Positions 59,627 to 64,000 of a stretch of DNA of 64,000 nucleotides are shown in pieces. This DNA is from an uncultured Erysipelotrichaceae bacterium (GTDB lineage: Bacteria > Bacillota_I > Bacilli_A > RF39 > UBA660), in contig CADCJQ010000010.1 of the NCBI GenBank assembly GCA_902801795.1, positions 2,358 to 66,357 on the forward strand, in the 5' to 3' direction. Positions within the stretch are counted from its first letter, which is position 1. Each line of letters starts with the position of its first letter. The translations under genes and the position numbers were made by a program. Below the pieces are notes generated by a model that did not search any database, had not been told where the DNA came from, and saw nothing but the letters and a program-made list of their open reading frames with translations.

Positions 59627-60770
59627 CTTTATCCTCCAAATTATCATCTATTTTTAAATGAATAATTTTATTCATATATTTATTAATTGCATTATGAAAT
59701 AATTCTTTAATCTTATTATCACTTGCAACATATTTATTTTTAATTACAACAAATTGTTTAGCAACAATTTCACTTAATTGTTCTTCTGATATTTGATTAT
59801 CAATATCAATTATTTTTTCAACAATATTACCAACAAGTCTTTCTTTTATTTCCTCTTTAGAAACAGATGAATCTTTAAATTTATTTTCATCCAAAGTATT
59901 AAGAACTAAATAATCAAGTAGAAAACTTTCATCATAATATTGTTTTAACTTACTATTATCATAATAATCTTTATTTTCTTTATCCTCTTTATTCGTTTCA
60001 TCACTAAAATGTTCTTGTAAATAATTCCATAACTTTACTGCATATTGAAAATTAACATTCTTTAAAATTACATTAGTCTTTTTAATGGGAGATGTTACTA
60101 AAGCAATATGTAATTTATGAATCATCTTATATACTTCAGTACTTTTAAGATCTCTTATTCGCATTTCCACTTTACTAATTCTATCCTCAATACTTTGACC
60201 ATCTTCCATTATATTATTGGTCGTATCAATTAAACTATCAATCGAAAAGTTCATTTTAACATTTTCTCTACCAATTTTTGAAACAGCATTATATTCCACT
60301 TTTTTTATACATTTATTTTTATTCGCAGATACAATTTTTTGTTTTTTACGACTAATAAATAATGTTAAATTTTCAATTAAACTATATATAAAACGATTTT
60401 CATAGGTATTAAAACTTTCCTCTTTATTAATGTTTAATATTTTTGAAGGCTTAACATCACCTGTTTTACGATCATAATCTTGAATTAAATTAGTATTTCT
60501 TGATAAATGCTTAATACTATCAACTGTTATTCTTCTTGCAAGTTCAATTTTAACAACATCTTCGTCATTGATAATAAAACGATTAGGATTTCTTAAAATA
60601 TTATCTATATACACAATTGTATCTTCAATAATATCTAACCATTCATAATTAGCATTTACTCGGTCAATATTAAGTCCTACATGAACTTTAGAATCAACGT
60701 TATTTGAAAATTTATTTATGATAGAGCTATCAGTTTTATTATATAAATCAATAATATTTTCATCTTGCAT
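59595..60770 (-). CDS. DUF2357-like (McrC-associated) protein
   Basis: PSKILN...FNTYENRFIYSL motif typical of DUF2357. Confidence 0.75.
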   Translation of the reverse strand: MQDENIIDLYNKTDSSIINKFSNNVDSKVHVGLNIDRVNANYEWLDIIEDTIVYIDNILRNPNRFIINDEDVVKIELARRITVDSIKHLSRNTNLIQDYDRKTGDVKPSKILNINKEESFNTYENRFIYSLIENLTLFISRKKQKIVSANKNKCIKKVEYNAVSKIGRENVKMNFSIDSLIDTTNNIMEDGQSIEDRISKVEMRIRDLKSTEVYKMIHKLHIALVTSPIKKTNVILKNVNFQYAVKLWNYLQEHFSDETNKEDKENKDYYDNSKLKQYYDESFLLDYLVLNTLDENKFKDSSVSKEEIKERLVGNIVEKIIDIDNQISEEQLSEIVAKQFVVIKNKYVASDNKIKELFHNAINKYMNKIIHLKIDDNLEDKDEEFDRKSGE

Positions 60771-60785
60771 AAATACTACCTCCTA

Positions 60786-62306
60786 TTATGATAATTTCTT
60801 AAGTCTTAAAACATACTCCTCACATTCCTTCATTTTACCTTTACCAAATGTTTTATCTAAAAATTCGACAAATCCATCTATTTCATCACGAATATAAGAA
60901 ACATTTAATTGTTCAAATTTACGAAGAATTTTTCGAGCAATAAAATAATCAACACCATCTATTTCTTCCCCACCACATGCAACATATATTGGCACAAATT
61001 TTTTCATGTGCATAACAATACGGTTACCAAAAGCAATACGGAAATGTTGAATAACATAATTATCCATTTCCTCAATCTTATCAAGCATCTCTTTTGTCAT
61101 AGGATGTTCTTGCATACCTTTTTGAAACAATGAATCCAAATATGAATAATTAATATCTTGTGCTTCCGTATCAATAGGCTCAAATACTTCACCTTTATCA
61201 TTAATATCAATTGGCATCGCACGGTCATAAACTTTATCAGTAACCATAAAAGTTGAGTCATCGTTATTAATTGTACCAATATACCACATATTAGGTGGTA
61301 TTTTAAGTTTTCCATCCATTAATTTTTTAGGATCATTAGGCCAAGAACTAGATACAAGTTCTACAATCCATTCATCCTTATTAGGCATTTCAAGAATAGA
61401 TAACATTTCCGCAAAATAATATTCAACTCTGGAAATATTCATCTCATCTAGAATAACGGTATAAACATCATCCGTATAACCTGCTAGATACATTTCTTTT
61501 AAAACTTCTGTTTCATTAAACTTTTTAGTAAACTCATTAAAATATCCAAATAACTCAGTACGATCTCTCCATGATGGTTGAACAGAAGCAACACAAGAAT
61601 CATGTTTTAAAAATTTTCCCCAAGCATAAGCAAGAGATGTTTTACCAGTACCAGATATACCTTGTAAAATAACAAGTTTAGTACTAGCCAAAGATGAAAT
61701 AAATAATCTTATCATTTCTGTTTTATAATAAAGTCTTAATTTTGAAGCAGCAAAATTACGAAATAATTCCACTAATTCTTCCAAAGTAAAAGAATTATTA
61801 TAATTTTGTACTTTATAACCGGCCATTAATTCATCAATATTATTAAGTTTTGCAAAACGAATACCATCAGCATTTTGATTTTCATTACTTTCACTAGTAT
61901 CAACAGTAGCATCTTCATCAGGTTTAAGTCCAAGTTGAGATACTTTCATCGCTAATATATCTTGTTTTTCTTTCATTAGTACTTGAATATCTTTATTAAG
62001 GGTAGCAATTTCTTCTAACATTGATTCTTGCTCTACCAAGGTTTTTCTAAAACGAATATATTTTCTAATTAAATAAAAGATTAAAAATCCAATTGATCCC
62101 AGTAATATTAAAAGTATTAAAACAGCAATGACAACAAAAATCCATTCACTACCATTAAAATCATCATGATAAAAAGAAACAATTTCTGCATAATCAGAAA
62201 CATTAAAGATTTCAATTATCCCAGAATAAAAACCTTTAATTATTGTCCAAAATCCGCCAAAAAACTGTCTTAAAAATTCAAATAAAAATCGAAAAAACGT
62301 CTGCAT
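60786..62306 (-). CDS. Membrane-anchored McrB-like AAA+ NTPase
   Basis: N-terminal TM helix plus coiled coil; GISGTGKTS, LDEMNISRVEYYF, GTINNDDS, DRA. Confidence 0.85.
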   Translation of the reverse strand: MQTFFRFLFEFLRQFFGGFWTIIKGFYSGIIEIFNVSDYAEIVSFYHDDFNGSEWIFVVIAVLILLILLGSIGFLIFYLIRKYIRFRKTLVEQESMLEEIATLNKDIQVLMKEKQDILAMKVSQLGLKPDEDATVDTSESNENQNADGIRFAKLNNIDELMAGYKVQNYNNSFTLEELVELFRNFAASKLRLYYKTEMIRLFISSLASTKLVILQGISGTGKTSLAYAWGKFLKHDSCVASVQPSWRDRTELFGYFNEFTKKFNETEVLKEMYLAGYTDDVYTVILDEMNISRVEYYFAEMLSILEMPNKDEWIVELVSSSWPNDPKKLMDGKLKIPPNMWYIGTINNDDSTFMVTDKVYDRAMPIDINDKGEVFEPIDTEAQDINYSYLDSLFQKGMQEHPMTKEMLDKIEEMDNYVIQHFRIAFGNRIVMHMKKFVPIYVACGGEEIDGVDYFIARKILRKFEQLNVSYIRDEIDGFVEFLDKTFGKGKMKECEEYVLRLKKLS

Positions 62307-62308
62307 AA

Positions 62309-63298
62309 CTATACTCCAATCAATTCAGATATTATAACATTGTCTATATTTTTTAACTTTGATATTTTGGATATTTTTCCATTCAAAATAATAAATTCAA
62401 AAACTTCTAATAACTGAATATTTCCACTAAAATCATCATTTATAATGACTGCAAATTTATACCCATTCCTGATATATTCATAAACAACATCTTTATTATT
62501 CATAAAATCATCATATAATATTTCCATTATAACTCTATCTTTTAAAAGATCTAAATCAATTATTTTAAATAATTGATTACATTTATTTTTTTTAGATAAC
62601 AAATTTACATCAAATGTAACAATATATTTTTGATAATATACAAAATTATTAATATCTTCTAAAATTTTAATACTTATTAAAGTATACAAAACCAATAATT
62701 TATCTTCATTTACTGTACCACTTTCATATACTTTCTTTACAGCTGTAGCACTAAATAATTCTGGTATTTTAATATTACTAACAAGTTTAGTATAAAAAGC
62801 ATTTTTAATATTAGTTGTTTTTATATCTAATTCAAAATCTTTACATGAACATTTTTTTATAAATTTCTCTTTTGTTTTTTGATTATCTTTAATTATAGGA
62901 AACAAAAGAATTTTTAAGGCATCTGGCTTTTCATTTCTTTTATTTACTTTATCCTCTAATTTTAACAATAATTTTAATATTCTTTTATCATTTAAGGCTT
63001 TCTCAAAACAAAGAATATATTTTAAAATCCATAAACAATTATTTATTTCTTCTTTAATATTATCCGTTTTATAATTTTCTTCATCTATATAGTCGTAAGT
63101 TGCTTTTTTTACACCATTCATAATATTATTTATAATGTTTTTTCCTTCACCATTGTAACCATATCTTAAATCAACATAAGAACTAACCATTACATTAGAA
63201 ATATCTTTTGATGTTTTACCATTAAAAATCAATTTAAAATAACCAAGAATATTTTTTCGATCATATTCTATATAATCCTTAACAATATTACGACTCAT
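62309..63298 (-). CDS. Hypothetical protein with possible degenerate EAL-like C-terminal domain
   Basis: RVIMEI...GYKFAVIINDDF...FEFIIL echoes EAL domain strands. Confidence 0.5.
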   Translation of the reverse strand: MSRNIVKDYIEYDRKNILGYFKLIFNGKTSKDISNVMVSSYVDLRYGYNGEGKNIINNIMNGVKKATYDYIDEENYKTDNIKEEINNCLWILKYILCFEKALNDKRILKLLLKLEDKVNKRNEKPDALKILLFPIIKDNQKTKEKFIKKCSCKDFELDIKTTNIKNAFYTKLVSNIKIPELFSATAVKKVYESGTVNEDKLLVLYTLISIKILEDINNFVYYQKYIVTFDVNLLSKKNKCNQLFKIIDLDLLKDRVIMEILYDDFMNNKDVVYEYIRNGYKFAVIINDDFSGNIQLLEVFEFIILNGKISKISKLKNIDNVIISELIGV

Positions 63299-63312
63299 AT
63301 TTACTTCCTTTC

Positions 63313-64000
63313 TTAAGATGCTGTAAAACTAATTATAGGTGTATTTGTACCATAAGGATACGTATAATTCATACTGGCATCTTTTTTATAAAATCTTATC
63401 ATTTCACTCGATATTGGATCAACCTTAAAAGTTATGCTATTAACATACTGATATCCATCAATTTCTACTTCTGTATGAGATATAGCATCTTGGTAAAATT
63501 CACTAGTTAAATCCAAAAGTACAACATTTGGATTAAAAGATAAAGTTATTAAGGCTGATGCATAATTTGCTTTCTCAGCATCTGACAAATTTCGATATGC
63601 AGAACTTGAAATTTCCTCTCCAACAGAGTGATTTCCATATGCCCTAATTACCTTGTAAAAATCAAAAGTATTAGTAAGAGAAAAATTCAAATAAGGCCTA
63701 TTCTCTTCATCCATTATTTCATATGACAAACCAGGAATCCCAACATTTAATTGAATTCTACCACTTATCGTTTGTACATATGGACTAACCGAAGAAGAAG
63801 TAACATTTAACCATACAGAATCACCCTCTTGTAATGCAACAACAGGATGTATATTTATTGTAAAATAATCACGATTAGTTCTTGAATCAATAACCCCATT
63901 ATTTTTACTTGCCGTACAAGAAACATTACTAGAGCATGTATAACTTAAATTATATGAAATATCACTTTTAGATACGACAAGATTATTTTTTATACTATTC
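63313..64000 (-). CDS. C-terminal part of a large beta-rich protein (runs off window end)
   Basis: The frame of ORF 63313..63729 stays open to 63999 (NSIKNNLVVSKSD...GIPGLSYEIM...). Confidence 0.8.
   Translation of the reverse strand, partial: NSIKNNLVVSKSDISYNLSYTCSSNVSCTASKNNGVIDSRTNRDYFTINIHPVVALQEGDSVWLNVTSSSVSPYVQTISGRIQLNVGIPGLSYEIMDEENRPYLNFSLTNTFDFYKVIRAYGNHSVGEEISSSAYRNLSDAEKANYASALITLSFNPNVVLLDLTSEFYQDAISHTEVEIDGYQYVNSITFKVDPISSEMIRFYKKDASMNYTYPYGTNTPIISFTAS

Noticed and set aside
59595-62306. Canonical McrBC restriction system
   Set aside because: TM anchor replaces the DNA-binding domain, no clear nuclease motif, and it is embedded in a secretion operon; kept as a repurposing hypothesis instead

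Overview
Very AT-rich bacterial chromosome segment, almost entirely coded on the minus strand, standard genetic code. Gene content (short ribosomal/housekeeping genes, eukaryote-like ProRS and type-2 IleRS, T-box, L21 leader with Prp and long L27, peptidoglycan hydrolases, CotY/CotZ-like pair) suggests a reduced-genome gut Bacilli lineage such as RF39; this is an inference, not a database result. From left to right: the str operon (rpsL-rpsG-fusA-tuf, tuf partial); a modular secreted protein whose 3' end looks like a DGR variable region; an XRE regulator; a WXG100-like pair with an ADP-ribosyltransferase-like ORF; gpmI, a ZIP transporter, typA and proS; two type I toxin-antitoxin-like cassettes, an orphan ncRNA candidate and tmRNA; CotY/Z-like genes; a DUF285/BspA-type surface protein; rplU-prp-rpmA; two kinase-like paralogs; T-box-ileS; and an NlpC/P60 hydrolase. 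The strongest finding is a 7,697-bp large-serine-recombinase element that splits an N-acetylmuramoyl-L-alanine amidase/5xLysM gene. Its att sites can be read directly from the sequence, and excision would restore a 455-aa ORF exactly in frame (skin-like gene-intervening element). It carries an ATPase-TOPRIM defence-like pair and an array of five 27-bp palindromes. The last ~23 kb are a large fibre/adhesin locus: SipW-type signal peptidases, many TasA/camelysin-like subunits, a 3,130-aa repeat adhesin, a membrane-anchored McrB-like AAA+ with a DUF2357-like partner, and a degenerate EAL-like protein.
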